A DNA stretch of 64,000 nucleotides from Strigamia acuminata (taxonomy: Eukaryota), in the NCBI GenBank assembly GCA_949358305.1, contig OX442314.1:23250001-23314000 (forward strand), read 5' to 3'. Under the pieces are notes generated by a model that was not told the DNA's origin, did not search any database, and worked only from the letters and a program-made list of their open reading frames with translations. This document shows, piece after piece, positions 50,677 to 64,000 of the stretch. Within the stretch, counting starts at the first letter, position 1. Each line of letters starts with the position of its first letter. The position numbers and the translations under genes were made by a program.

Positions 50677-51416
50677 TTTTCCTGTGTGTTTGTTGAGAAA
50701 GAAAACAGCGGTGAGCGCAACTCTTAAATGCAATGGCAACACAGACTACGTTCGCAGAGTCATTTACACTTGTTTATCCGATTTAAATCGGCTTAAATGG
50801 ATGTTTTAGCCTTTTTTTTCGGTTATATACATACAAGGTTTTGTCTAAATGGAATAAATTTAAGGGAGGACGGTAATTGGCAACAGGGGTCGAATTCAGA
50901 CCTATTTAAGTCGATTTTATGTACCCGAAAGTGAGATATATTTACCTTTCCGCTGCTGTTGGGGAGTCAAACTCGAGAAACCGAGTTTTCAAGGGTTAAA
51001 CACTTAAATCCGTTGAATTTTGAATAAAAGTACATCACCGGGTCAATTAACGCGTGTTTTTGAATAAATTAAGCTTGAAAAAACACTTTTGCGGTCGATA
51101 TTAACCCTTTTGTCAACCCAAATTGAAGTTGGAAGTGGCGCACGAGTTCGGTCACAACTTCGTAAGATTAAACTCGAATTGAAGAAAGTTTTTTTAAAAA
51201 TGCAATGTTGACATTGAGATTTGTGTGCGCTTTTTTTTTTTAAATAAAAAATAGCAAGTGGAAAATAACCAACGTTTTATGATTGGTCCAGATTCGACCC
51301 AGTTGAGAAAGCGCCCAACAGGTGTGTATTACTAGGGCAATTAAAAGGTGAGTGCAGGAATGCAACAAAGTAAAGTTTGTAGCTAATTGGGCAATGTAAA
51401 GAATTTGCATCTTACC

Positions 51417-51535
51417 TAAAGTGATGCGAGGATGGTGGCAAAAGGCGTCTGCTGTGTTGTAGGTGAGGCTTTTCTGCGATGCTTCAGGCTTTATGTAGTG
51501 CTTTGCCGAGTCGGACGCTCGACAGCCAATGAGAG
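51417..51535 (-). promoter_or_regulatory. Putative 5' UTR exon and promoter of the RFamide precursor gene
   Basis: Minus-strand donor ttag|gtaaga at 51415-51416 and acceptor acacag just before the ATG (50682-50683). TATA-like cataaa (~51489-51494) and a CCAAT motif agccaatga (~51524-51532) lie in a GC-richer patch. Confidence 0.45.
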
Positions 51536-53936
51536 GCGCACGCTTTCCACACGCGTTTATGGATCAATTGTTGTCGTCAGTAGCGAATTCTTGAGGTCGA
51601 GTGGGTGATTTTTTTCCTTTTTCACCCCTTAACACCTCCGTTTATTATCTAAAGTCGTCTTTGCGGAAAGGCGTGAAGTGGAACAATTTTTCCCATAAAT
51701 AAAATTTGTTTTTTTGATTTGTTTTTTTTGTTTTAGGGTAAAAAAATGAATAAATTTGGTGATTTTTGAAATTGTTTACGAAAAAGACCAAATTTACATC
51801 AAATCTTGGTGAAATTAGTTGTTTTCATAAATAACAAAATGTTTATTTTTTGATTTTGTGGCTAAAAATGAACAAATCGAACGATTTTCGTAATTTATTC
51901 GGGGTATATAACATGAATTCAAGTGAAATTTTTACAAAAATTGAGAAAAATTAATTTTTTTTGAATTTAAAAAAAATATATATTTAAATTTTTTGTTTTT
52001 AAGGTAAAATAAATTATTAAAACCGAACGGATATTACAATTATTGGCAAGCAGCGTTGTTTTTCACTTTTTGATCTTTAATTCCGCGAGATATATAATTG
52101 GTTTTCTTGTTTTTTAAATGTTTGGATGATTAGGATTTTTATTTTGTTTACTGTACTCGTACCACAATATATGGTAAGATACAAATGAAATGCAAGGAAG
52201 GAAGGATTTTCTCTCCGAATTCAAGTCCCCACACATTTAAGACGTTGAGTGTGGTTCTCAATTCATACCATCGCCGTGATTTGCATCTAAGTTGTTGAAT
52301 TTCCTAACAGTGTTTGAATCCACGTCTCCAGAGGTTTATTTAAATTTCTAAGAATTTGTTTCCAGTACCCAAGTGGAATTGTTTTAGTCTGTGGAAGGGT
52401 CGGGTGAAAGATGAAAGAGCACCATTATGCAAATTGTAAGATTTAACTTTTATTTTTCACTTTATTCTTTAAAATAAGAATAAATAAAAAAATTAAAAAA
52501 AAATTGTTATGTCAACAGGTGTTGCAAGAACCGCGTTTTTAGCTTTTAATTTAAAGAAAAAAAAAATATAAAAAAAAATTTTATATTTAAAAAATAAAAT
52601 TGTATATTTTATTTAGAATAATTAATTGTGTTTTTATTTAAATTGAGCTTGTTTTTTCGCCCTGTCGTGGAAAATTTCAGTGTTTTGTGGATGAGGGCAA
52701 AAACAAAACCATAAAACAAGGAATTAGAGGAGATGACGTCATCAATCACAACCAATTTCTACAGTATCTCTTTCTACTGACATTTATAGATGTTCATTTT
52801 GTTTGAAAACTATTAATTAGTCGCTTCATTTTACCCCATCATTCGTTGTTTACAATTTAGAATTTATTGTTGGCACAATTGATTAAAGAGACCGTGTGCA
52901 CTTTTTTCTTATGTGTATATATATAAATCATTCCTCGTGGGTCCTCGAGAGAGTTTTAAAGTCAAAATTTCCCTAGTTTTTTTCTTCCAATCTTTTCTTT
53001 TCCAATGAATTTGATTAGCAGAGTCAGCAAGAGATAGATAAAAAGAAGATGAACACCTGAGCCTTTATGTGAGTCAGTTTTTAAATAGCTAAAGTTTTTA
53101 TAATAAAAAAAAATAATCAAAAGTCGGGAATTGATTTTTTTTTTTTTTTTTTTTTTAAGGATATAAAGTATATATATATATATTTCTTGCTGGACTCACT
53201 GCTGATTTATTTTACAGCTTTCAATTCAACTAAACATTTTCTTTATGGAATGACACATTTTCCAAATCTGTTACTTGATGTGTTTTTCCGAGCCTGGTGC
53301 CATTACTGTATATTGCGTTGTTTTGCTGCAAGAGGCAAACAGCGCAAGTGCATTACTTCCTGGGTTTGGGCTTAAATGGCGGGTTTAGTCGTATTGGTTT
53401 TTAATTTTTAACCATTTGAATTTTGTGTGTGTCTATTTATGTTTTGGAATTGAGGGGTTTTCTGAATTTTTGTCTAAATATTGAACAGTTATTAAATTTG
53501 AGCGGTGGATGTGAAAATCGGTTTAAAAAAATTTGAAATTTTAATTCGATTTCGACACGGAACATTAATTTTATTTGGACGTCAGCAGGTTTTCCAGAAG
53601 AAAGTGGATGGAATGGATGTAAGTTTGTGCCCTAGTATTGGTTGGGTTAAGTTCAATAACACTTACACGGCGAGATTATTTACTAAAGATCCGTGTACGC
53701 AGTTTGTTACTGTTTATTGCTAGATTTCGTAAGATATATCATAAATATTTTGTCACCTTAATAAATACAATAAATGGAAAATCACTCGGCGTAATACGTA
53801 GTATATTAAAGTCCAACATTTTTATTTACACTGACAAAGTGTAAGAAATTGATAAAGCAGAAAAGTTAACAAAAAATTTTGTCAAATTGATTATGTTTTA
53901 GACCGTTTCTTTTTTTTAACCACAAAATTGGAAAAA

Positions 53937-53967
<31 letters not shown>

Positions 53968-54468
53968 TTTAGGTTTTATTTCTGATATTTATATAGAACG
54001 AGATTTTATATGAAATATATTTCATTTTCTTCAGTGTTTTTTTTTCGATCAACCAAGATTTTTATTCGTGATAAAAGTTCACTGTCCTATTTGATTTTGT
54101 CAAAAATGAAGGACGTATTACGGTGAATTTCAGTTATATAGGTGATCTGTTAGAGCTGATAAAAGATGTTTTCGTCCATTTAAAGGCGAGCACTTCACTG
54201 ATTTTATTTCACATTTTCTGTAAAGAAAAGAAAGAAAAAAACCAATATACTTACTTGTTAGTATATGTATTTTCAATTAAATACTAAAACCAGAGTAAAT
54301 TCGAAGGGCATTTTTTACTAATTATATTGTCAGTACGTCCAACACATCTTTGTTATTCTATCCTCATTTATTTTTAAAGTGGCTGAAAAAACGAAACGGC
54401 TTAGACCCCAAGAGGAGTCGCTAGGCGGGAATTGAACCAGACCGGACGGGGTTCGATCACATCATTTA

Positions 54469-54996
54469 CCATGTTTACATGTACTCAGTTTTTCAGATAA
54501 TTGAAAATGCGAATTTCACTTTTCTGGAAAACTAATCATGTAAACGAGCCAATTTTCCAGAAAAGACTGACTTATTCGGAAAACTAAATTCCAGTTGTGT
54601 GAGGTATATTTTGGGCGTTTTGCGCACTGAAAACTGCATGTAAACACCGAACAGACTCGTGCATGCGAAAATTAAATACTTCGATCGGAATAAATTGTCG
54701 GATCGTTGTATTTAGCAATATGTTAGATCGACATACCAACAACACTTTGTACCAAAAACGATGTGAAATGACCTAAAATACGATTTCCGGGGTCGGAATT
54801 TGATTTGTTTAGGGGCTGTAATAGATCGACAACCATTTTGTTTTTCTAGATAATCGAAATGTATTATGGGTAATTCACGTGTGATGTCAGGTTTACCAGA
54901 AAACTAATGCCATGTAAACGCACACGGTTATCCGGATAAACAAAATCCGAATCCTTATCTGGACAACTGACAGTGAGTACATACATGTAAACATGG
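54469..54996. mobile_element. MITE with TTA/TAA flanks (PIF/Harbinger-like)
   Basis: TIR ccatgtttacatgta / tacatgtaaacatgg, with internal catgtaaac repeats. Confidence 0.6.
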
Positions 54997-55860
54997 TAAT
55001 TGACAGTAATACTTTCTAAACTTTGGGGTAATATATGCAGCATACTTTATGAAAACGGATACGGTTAGGTTTGTGGGGGGTTCTGAGGTCGCTACTGTAG
55101 CCCCCTCCACCTTGTTAAAAAATAGAAAAAACTCGGTATTAGGTAGAAACGGAGTTGATGAAACGTTTTTGGTGTAATGAATCGACTCCGAATATATGGG
55201 CCGTGGTAACAACTTGTGTAAATCTTTGTTGAATGTGCATAGTCAATAAAGTGTAGCAAGACTGCGTTACCCCATTTTATAAGATTTAAGATGAAGATCT
55301 CGTGTAAACTCTCGTGTTGACTTTTGCGGCACGATAAAAATTGCACAATCCTCAGCGCTTCTCAACCGGTGGTGCACCACGCACCCCCTAGCGGTGTGAG
55401 ATAGGTTTTCTGTGGTTTCATTTTTTGTTTTTTAAATTTTACGTTAGTTAATTAGAACCATTATTCAATTTTGCAAAAGCAGAGGGCAACAATTGTTATT
55501 TTAGCAACTACTGAGATGCTGGGTGTTGCCTCTATTCTAGTGCGCCTTTAGGCGGTGCTTACTTTGCTTATCGGTTAGTACCAGCCCAGACAACGGAGGA
55601 CCTTGTTGTTTTTGTGTTTAAATACACCCTGGTTATATAGTTTAAAGTAATACCGTGTCAATATGGCCTTTCGAACTGCGATTTAAACACACAAAACGTA
55701 CGTGGTAAATTCTTAATTCCTCTTCTTTTATCCTCCGTGTCCCAAAAAACCAAGTTTCATCACAATCCGAGCGACGGATTTTGAGATAGGGACTTTTTGT
55801 TCTTTAAAATTGCAGTAACTCAAAAACCGCATGTTTTAAAGTTTGGAAACTCCTAACCTA

Positions 55861-56139
55861 CAGTTCACGCCCGGTATCTTGATGCCAAATTCAAACTGCG
55901 CATCGCCTTCTATGCATGTATTTAACACAGCGATTGTCAAGCTTGTTGCTCACAAATAAAGCAACAAAATGAAGTACCATGGTGTAAATTACTTTTGTTA
56001 TGGAGTTTATTGTTGTTTATTTACTTTATTTTAGCATTTTTAGGCTTTATGCTGTTGAATAACGACTGGTATTGGGAAATCATCTGTGCAGAGTGGGATG
56101 CGCAGTTGAATTTGACATCAAGATACTGGGCGCGGAATG
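55861..56139. mobile_element. TA-flanked MITE family; further copies at ~57407-57686 and (partial) ~62359-62470
   Basis: TIR cagttcacgcccggtatcttgatgccaaattcaaactgcgcatc / gatgcgcagttgaatttgacatcaagatactgggcgcggaatg. Internal gattgtcaagcttgttgc and gagtttattgttgtttattt are shared with the 57.4 kb copy. Confidence 0.8.
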
Positions 56140-57827
56140 TACAGAATCAATTAGATCCACAAGAGACGATGGGGGGACACGTCCCAGACGATGGTTTCTT
56201 ATCAAAACATTTTTTTGCTTAGTGCAGCTTTGCACTGTTTCATCTTTTTTAAATATTTGCAAACAATACCTAAATTTGTAATTGTTGAGATATACATAGT
56301 GTTTTTTCTTGTAAATAAACAAAATATACAAATGAACGTTTGGAGATAACTTAAGTTTATTTTGGCTAATGGATGGCAATAGTAATAACCTTGGAAATCA
56401 CAAATAAAGTTTTAATTCTGTAGGGGTTTTTGTGGGGTTATTCAGAAAGTGTTTTTCAATTTTCCACTTTAATAAAATTGGAAGCATAACCATTAGCTCT
56501 ATGGAAGTGATGCCAAAGCAAAGTGCAAAGTGGACAAAGTGGATAACAGAATCCGGTATAGTTGTTCAATTCAGTTGTAAAACTGTCAATTGAGGACTTG
56601 AAGCTATAAAAAGTAATTTGGTTCACTTCATCTTCCAAAACCAATGTTTAAGCGAGAGTCGAGGGGTTTCCGAGTTTCGTACATAAAATTTTGTTACTGC
56701 TTTCATTTTATAGATACGAGTTTTTTGTTTATTTATGATGAGTTTTTTAAAAGCACAGCTAAAAGAGACTTATAGGTAAGCTAGGAGTTGGGCCTCTTTT
56801 TTTCTTGTACCGCCAGCAACACTGTTGAAGTATTCTTTTCAATGAAAAGATACTTTTTAATCTTTATTATTTTAATACAAAGTTAAATGCACCTCCACTT
56901 TTCTTGATATTAAAGCACCAATAAACATATTTCTGAAATTGTTTACTGGGCATGTTTAGAGTCCATCATTGTAGATACCGTAGTAGTTATTTTTAGTAGT
57001 CTAATATTTAGTCCTAATTTTGCTAATACAAAGAAGAAGAAAATTTTTCTTTCCTTCCTTTTCAAAAGGTGACTTTTGAATGAACGCACCCAATTGACAA
57101 AAGGCGGAGCATGCGCATTGGTTATTTTCATTGTTATGGATCTAACTCGTTTCGAGTGTTGTGTGCACATACTGCTCATTTGAAAGTGGTAAAGAAAGTC
57201 ACTTTCCAAGGCTGACTTTCTTTAATTTTGCTGTATAAAGCGTCACTTCCGCGTTATAAAAGGAAGGAAAAATTGCTTTCTTAAAAGAATTGAACGCACA
57301 GAAGATTTAGAGAAATGTTTGATGTTTGCACACGACAGTCATGTGCAACCACTTTTTTACTTTGAGCAGCAAAAACCTACAAGGCTTTTACAATACCTAT
57401 ATTTTACTGGGTATCTTGATGCTAAATTTAAAATGTGCGTCACATCCTGCATATGCATTTAACGTGTGATTGTCAAGCTTGTTGCATACAAAGGAAATAA
57501 AGCAACAATATTTTGGTGCTATGCCGTAAATTACTTTTGTAAGTGAGTTTATTGTTGTTTATTTCCTTTACTTTAGAATAATTATACCTAATATTAGTCT
57601 TAATACTGCTAAATAGCGACTGGAATTAGGAAATTGACGGCGAAGAATGGTAAAAATTTGACATCAAGATACCGGGCACGAACCGTGAATCCAGGCCCTG
57701 TGTGTAAAGAGAAAGTATTTTTGTGATGAGTTAGCTCTTTTCGTTGCAATTCAATCAACCGATGCTTCGAGTTTTAAAAAAGGTTTTAGACCGATTTCTA
57801 GAGCATTTATGCTTTTGTGTGTGTGTA

Positions 57828-58138
57828 TCATATTACACCCCGCTTTAAGCTGCATGCCATCTTAGACATGGTTTTCGGAATTACAGTCTATTATACCCAT
57901 ATGCCGGTATAAATTAAAACGTATCGGTATAAGTGAAAAACCGGGTTTTTTGTTTTTTAATTTAAAACGGACCGGATGAATTATTATGTTGGAATTTGAG
58001 CCTGAAATTTGAATTTTCTTTATATTCTGAAGATTATTACTAAAATTTTTATCGGCATGCAAGTAAAACTTGCACTATACCGGCATGCAAGTAAAACTTG
58101 CACTATACCGGCATGCCACTTAAAGCAGGGTAATATGG
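57828..58138. mobile_element. MITE related to 7826-8224
   Basis: Inverted ends catattacacccgctttaagctgcatgcc / ggcatgccacttaaagcagggtaatatgg. The internal atcggcatgc..aacttgcacta..ccggcatgc matches the reverse complement of the 7.85 kb element. Confidence 0.7.
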
Positions 58139-59046
58139 TAATAATAAACATCCGAAATGACAATTGTTTAGTTTTAAGATGAAGATCCCATGTGAGTTTG
58201 ACAAAATTTTAAATTTGAAAGTAAAATATGTAGTACCGTATTTCTTAGATTTTAAGACGCCATCGATAGTGTGAACACTGGCTAATTAACTGTTGCTTCC
58301 TTACAGTTACTGTTGGTGTGAATATAGTGTGAACCGAGAGTTGTGCAGAATAGAATTAAAAGGTGCGGGATCAAGCGCCGCAAGCAAAGGAAGCCAAAAG
58401 AAATATTCAACGCAACGTTAAATCAAGCCGATACGGCTTCTATTAATACCAATGGCAATCTGCCACTCTGTTTGCTCATTTGAAATGAATAAATTTCAAA
58501 AATCAATTGTCTTTACCAGTATCCTCCATGTCTGGAATTTTAATACCAAATTCAAGCGGGTCATTCCTTTCTGCGCACACAAACTAGAGAAAATGAATAA
58601 CACAATTCAGTGTGTGTAAATGGAGTACGAAACAATAATAGGCCTTCGCTGTATTGCGGTTCACTTTATGTGGTGCGTTCAATAGCCAAACTGCTTTGAC
58701 ATTGTCTCCAAAAAAAATTCACAACAACTCCTACTGGCAGATTGATGTGGATGAGTTCCTAGAACACTCACCTAGCGGGGATAGCTTATATCAGACGGGG
58801 GTCTGACCATCAGATGAGAATTACGGTTATTTTTGGGTCCCCTCTCGTATTTTTCTTAATTTAACTAAAGCAACAATGACGCGATTGGTTGAGCAATTAT
58901 TCAGATCTCAGCTGCGCACAAACATGCCCGTTAGTGATAATAATAATTTATTTTAAAGGCATGGAATATAATAAGTCATTTATTCAAATTTACAAAAAAA
59001 CAAACTTTAAGTATTTGCTTAACCATCTACTTATTACAGTAAAAAC

Positions 59047-59297
59047 CAGGGGGTAAGACAATCAGAATCTGCCTGTCAGGGATTCGAATTTTTCATAGGA
59101 TTCGGATGGGATTCGGTTGGGATTCGGGTAGATTTAGATGATTATTTTAATAAAAAAGTGGAAAATATTTTAAATTTTGTCCAATTTTCGACAAAAAATT
59201 CAAAATTTTTGTAAAAGGTAAAGATTCGGAGATTCGGGGATTCGGAACGGGATTCGAAAGAACATGTCAGAGATTCGGTTGAATGTCGTACCCCCTG
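59047..59297. mobile_element. hAT-like MITE with subterminal gattcg repeats
   Basis: TIR cagggggtaagaca / tgtcgtaccccctg, with near-perfect 8-bp TSD gtaaaaac / gtagaaac. Confidence 0.75.
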
Positions 59298-61796
59298 GTA
59301 GAAACCGACTTCATTACAACGCTGTCACACAATGCTCTTTTAATAAACCTTTTTCTCGCTTGCTTAACACTGTTTTCTTTCTGGGATGGAGGTTGCGCCT
59401 GTATTTATTTAAGAGAATACGCTTAAAGTGCGCACCACTGAAAATAAATGTTTTCAAAAATCCCCCACTTCTGGTATTGGGTTATGCACTTACGCCATCT
59501 GTTACGGATTTCACAAACAAAAAATCTCTACAAAAATGCTCAGAAACCTCTGAATTTTAAGCGTGATACTGATAACTTTGAATAACTACGGCTTAATCTA
59601 AGCGCAATTATGTATAACGATTTAGATAATGTATTTGAGGGTGTTCCCATTAACGATGGACGCATTTGAGCTCGCACAACTGGTTGCAGCTGGTTGCTGA
59701 AAATAGTATACCGGTACTATGCATAGAGATGGGATGATGACATTCAGAGTTCACTTCACTTGCATTCATTCTGACTCATATTGATACAACTCAAGCGAAA
59801 ATATTTGTGGAAAATATTTGTTTGTGGAATGAAAAGAGCTTCCTCTGGAAATCAGCTGATTTATATCATTCACGCCTTTTATTTCTTTTGTGAGCTGTCG
59901 TGTATTGGCTACCAACAAATACTTATCAAATTCTTGTTTATATCCACTGTAATCGATGGTTCAAGAAAAGTGAGTTAAACATTGACACAAATTGTGACGA
60001 TTTATTTATTTATTTATTTATTTATTTATAATTTTAATTTTATCAGTTAAATCTGATAATGTGAAATTTTTTGTGATGTCTGGTGCGGGTCCTCACGTTG
60101 GTCGACGGAATGAATGGGAATCGGAAGTCCAAAATGTTAGTTAAATTAACCTTGAGTTTGTTTTATTTTTAATTGTTAGCCTGGGGTGTGACGGACGCTG
60201 TAATACCTGAGTTTTGTTTTTATTTTAGTTTATTTTTGCGACTGGATAAACATAGTGCGTGAGGCTAAAGGGTTTGTAGCCTTGCATGAGGCTATGCAGA
60301 CGAGGATGGGAAAAAATAGATTTTACCTTTTAACATACATTTTTATTGATTGTGATTGGCAAACACTCAAAAAAGTGACAAAAGCTAAAATTGAGGAATA
60401 AATTTATTTTTTTTTAAATTTAATTTTTTAAAAAAAAAAAATAAAACTACCAATTAAACAGTAAAATTGAACAAATTTAAAAAAAATAAAATTTCTAGAA
60501 TATTGAATGTTTCCCTATAATCATCAGGAAATTCGGCACCGTTTTTGTACAAATAAATAATTCAAAAACACTTGTGTTTACAAAGAAATCAGCATCAATT
60601 AGTTTTAATGGAATTGGACATCTGGAAAGCTGTTTCAACATGTTTATTTTTTGCATGTATTATGTTAGATCAACGTGTCAGAAGCAGGTACAAAGGGTTT
60701 TATTTCGACCTTCAATTCAAATGTAAAATCAGAATTTATTACTGTAACCTTTGAAGAGTTCGTTTAATAGAGCACAAACCAACACAAACCAACACAGATC
60801 TAATGTGATGACAGCGTATTGGCCTTGTACTTGTACAGACAATTATAGAGCTATTGTTGCTTAAGTGTTTCACCACTTAACATGTGGGACGTTGTTATAG
60901 CAATTTGTTCGGCGAATGCAACACGATATGTATCTCAACCTTTCCCCATCGCAAAAGTGGAACGTCGAACGGTATGTTAAGGGAACGTGAATCAACAATT
61001 TTTAATTGAGATTTACTGCAATTTCTAAAAACATAAATGGCTGCGATTTAAAAATTAAATGCGGGGAAAAATTGCACAAATTTGAGGTTTTATATTTGGT
61101 GGATCCCTTAGCGTTTCCATTTTTTGTTTGTTTACTATTATTGGTTTGTTGTTTCCATGGTATCACAAATGACTTACGGGTGTGGCTCATTGCGAGACGC
61201 GAGAGTGCTATACCTCCTGTTTTTCTTGATTCGGAGGTTTGCATTTTTACGTTTATTTTATTAGGGTTCTGTTTATATTTTTTTTTTGTGGAGTAATTTC
61301 TGTTGAATTGATTTTTATTTGTTTGTTTGTCACTTACAGATTGAATGAGTACAGCAAGTCTGCCATTGCTAAAGCCCATCGGAGGAGATATGGACTATTT
61401 ATTTTTCTCATCTTTTCCAGTTTGATGATGATGTTCTACAGTTAGTTTTATTCAAAATAACGAAAACCAAAGTGATAATACCTAAGGTGGTTAAAACGCA
61501 CTAAAGCAAATCATGTTTCCGTTTTACCAGTGAAAAAGAACTATTATCGCGGATAATGAGTAGTGCTAATTACACCGATAAATTAACTAGATTGAAATGC
61601 GTGATGTCGATTAAATATCCAGGTAAAATTAAGTGTGTTGCAAGGGAACTTTATCAATCGAAATATGTGGATTTGGTCCCTGGTATTTATTGACAGATAA
61701 GTTAGTTTTGAAAATCTATAAACTGTAAATGTTTTCCTCCAGTGAAAAGTGAAAATTTCAAAAAAGGAATAAAATGGAAGCTAGAATGGTTATTTA

Positions 61797-62058
61797 TTTT
61801 TTGGCCTAACATTAATTTTTTTGGCTTAAAATTAATTTTTTTGGCTTAAAATTAATTTTTTTTGACTAAAATTAATTTTTTGGTTTAAAATTAATTTTTT
61901 TGGCTTAAAATTAATTTTTTTGGCCTAAAATTAATTTTTTTCGCTTAAAATTAATTTTTTTGGCCTGAAATTAATTTTTTTGGCTTAAAATTAATTTTTT
62001 TGGCCTGAAATTAATTTTTTCGACTTAAAATTAATTTTTTTGGGCTAAAATTAATTTT
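61797..62058. repeat. 20-21 bp AT-rich tandem repeat (tttttggcttaaaattaatt)
   Basis: Directly visible. It shares the palindromic aaaattaatttt core with the 4.7-4.85 kb part of the gene B intronic repeat. Confidence 0.85.
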
Positions 62059-63197
62059 AGGACAAAATAATAAAATAAAATTTTATTAAAATTGAAAGTA
62101 AAAAACTAAAATAAGAATAAAAGGAAAAGTGCATTAAAAACTTATAAATATTTTGATTACCGTTGATGCAATGTTGCTGTAATATTCGGTATTGGTGCGA
62201 TATTTCGTATTGATGCGATTCGCGGTATTCATGTGGTATTGCAGTATAGGTGCGGTATTAGCGATATTGTGGTGAATCACAGTCATTGCGGTATTTGGTG
62301 GTTTTTGGTGCATACCGTAAAGCACTCATGCAAAAAAATTACTGCACAAGCCTAGCGGCCGGTATCTTGATACTAAATTCGTACTGCGCATCCCATTCGG
62401 GGCAGATAATTTTCTAATTCCAGTTGTTATTTAGCAGTATTGAGTCTAATATTAGGCCTAATAATGCTAAAAAGTGTTGTGACCCCAAATATCTTTATAT
62501 TTGAGTGTAATTTGATAATATTATGTAATTTTTCTCACTCTTGTCCATGCTCTTGGTTAGAGACATAACCCGTTGCTGCTACCATAGTAACAAAACTACC
62601 AGAATTAGGGGGTTGCTACGGCTAGCTCTTAATGAGAACTGTTGCTAGGCACGACGTGTGCCAGACTCACGCCACACATGCTCATAGGCTGTTTTTCCGG
62701 CCAGATTTTGATGTAATATTGTATTTATTACTGACGCTTTGCTTTCGACTTACTACATTCACCTCGTTGTCATACCTCTGCTACAAACGCATTGTCCTTA
62801 CTGGTGATTTTGTGAAAACAACGAAGATTTGACCTGATTTATCCGATCGGACGTGCATCCGATAAATTCTCTACTGGGCCTCCTAGACGAAGGGCTGCAG
62901 ACCGACCCTGCCGCCTATGACGACGTTTGACGACTGATCCTGCTCCTGAGCTGACGGTAATTGCAAATTCCTGGAATGCACTCACCCAATTTCACTTTCT
63001 TTAACTGATTCTGTTAGTATTCAGTTTGTATCCATTTGTGATGCACAAATGGACGTTTGTATTGGTCTACAAAAGCCAAAAAATTCCGATGTCAAATGCG
63101 ACATTTCCCTTTCGTATGAAAGTTTCAGACGACTGCTTTCAGACGACGTACCTATCGTTGAGAACAACGACGAGGTTATGTTGATTCTCCTAAATAC

Positions 63198-64000
63198 TTT
63201 CCCGACCTTCAATGACCTTTCCTAACCTTTCCCGACCTTCAGCGACCTTTCCCGACCTTCAATGACCTTCCCTGACCTTCAACTACCTTCCCGGACCTTT
63301 AACGACCTCTGACCTTCCCTGACCTTCAACTAACTTCCCGGACCTTTAACGACCTCTGACCTTCCCTGATCTTTTCCTACCTTCCCCGACTTTCAACAAT
63401 CTTCAACGACCTTTAATGATCGTTTCCGACCTTCAACGACCTTTTCCAACCTTCAACGATCTTTTCCGACCTTTCCCGACCTTCCCCGATCTTTCCCGAC
63501 CTTCAAAGACTTTTCCCGACCTTCAACGACCTTTCCCGACCTTCAAAGACTTTTCCCGACCTTCAAAGACTTTTCCCGACGTTCCCCGATCTTTAATGGC
63601 CTTTCCTGACCTTCAACGACCATCCCGGACATTTAACGACCTTTTCTGACTTTTCCTGACCTTTCCTTTCCTTCTTTGATCTTCAACAATCTTACTCGAT
63701 TTTTAACGACTTTCTTCGACCTTCAACAACCTTTCTCGACCTTCAACGACCTTTGATTTTTCCCAACTTTCAATGACCTTCCCCGACCTTCAACAACCTT
63801 TCCTGACCTTTCCCGACCTTACCTCGCCTTTCCCTACTTTCTCCGATCTTCAATGACTTTCAATGATTTTCCCCGACCTTCAACGACCTTTACAGACCTT
63901 TTCCGACCTTCTCCTACCTTCCCCGACCTTTCACGACCAACTCCAACCTTCCCTGACCTTTAACGACCTTCCTCGACCTTCAATGATCTTTAACGACCAA
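63198..64000. repeat. Pyrimidine-rich satellite with ~10-bp periodicity (cccgaccttc / aacgaccttt), running off the window end
   Basis: Dozens of degenerate gacctt-centred units. Confidence 0.9.

Noticed and set aside
51600..63190. Short ORFs in the 12-kb region upstream of the neuropeptide gene
   Set aside because: Low-complexity or MITE-derived, with no domains or coherent exon chains. Treated as intergenic.
63416..63649. ORF with repeated FPDLQRP motifs
   Set aside because: It is a translation of the 10-bp-period satellite, with no gene context.

Overview
AT-rich animal genomic DNA with short spliceosomal introns. It is most likely a non-insect arthropod, inferred from the gene families and the neuropeptide type. 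The left half (0.75-28.8 kb) holds a tandem array of eight intact, hand-spliced Cys-loop ligand-gated ion channel subunit genes (called A-H here). They resemble the divergent arthropod nAChR subunits typified by Drosophila beta3. The array is interrupted by a decayed Copia LTR element with nested DNA transposons and by an SDR dehydrogenase gene. The strongest signal is how the ligand site is divided: the two alpha-type subunits (F, G; vicinal CC) have lost the complementary-face loop-D Trp, five non-alpha subunits (B, C, D, E, H) keep it, and A has lost both faces. All eight share a rewritten pore (no GEK, Trp at M2 20'), and the youngest pair (D/E) diverges mainly in the ligand-binding exon. 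This fits a candidate combinatorial, possibly sensory, receptor family, which is inference only. The right half carries a RING-less TRAF gene, a Copia gag relic, an unassigned 122-aa Cys-rich secreted protein, a CAPA/PRXamide-type GPCR, a multi-copy myosuppressin/FMRFamide-like precursor, several MITE families and a terminal satellite. Exon boundaries were read by eye and no database searches were run.
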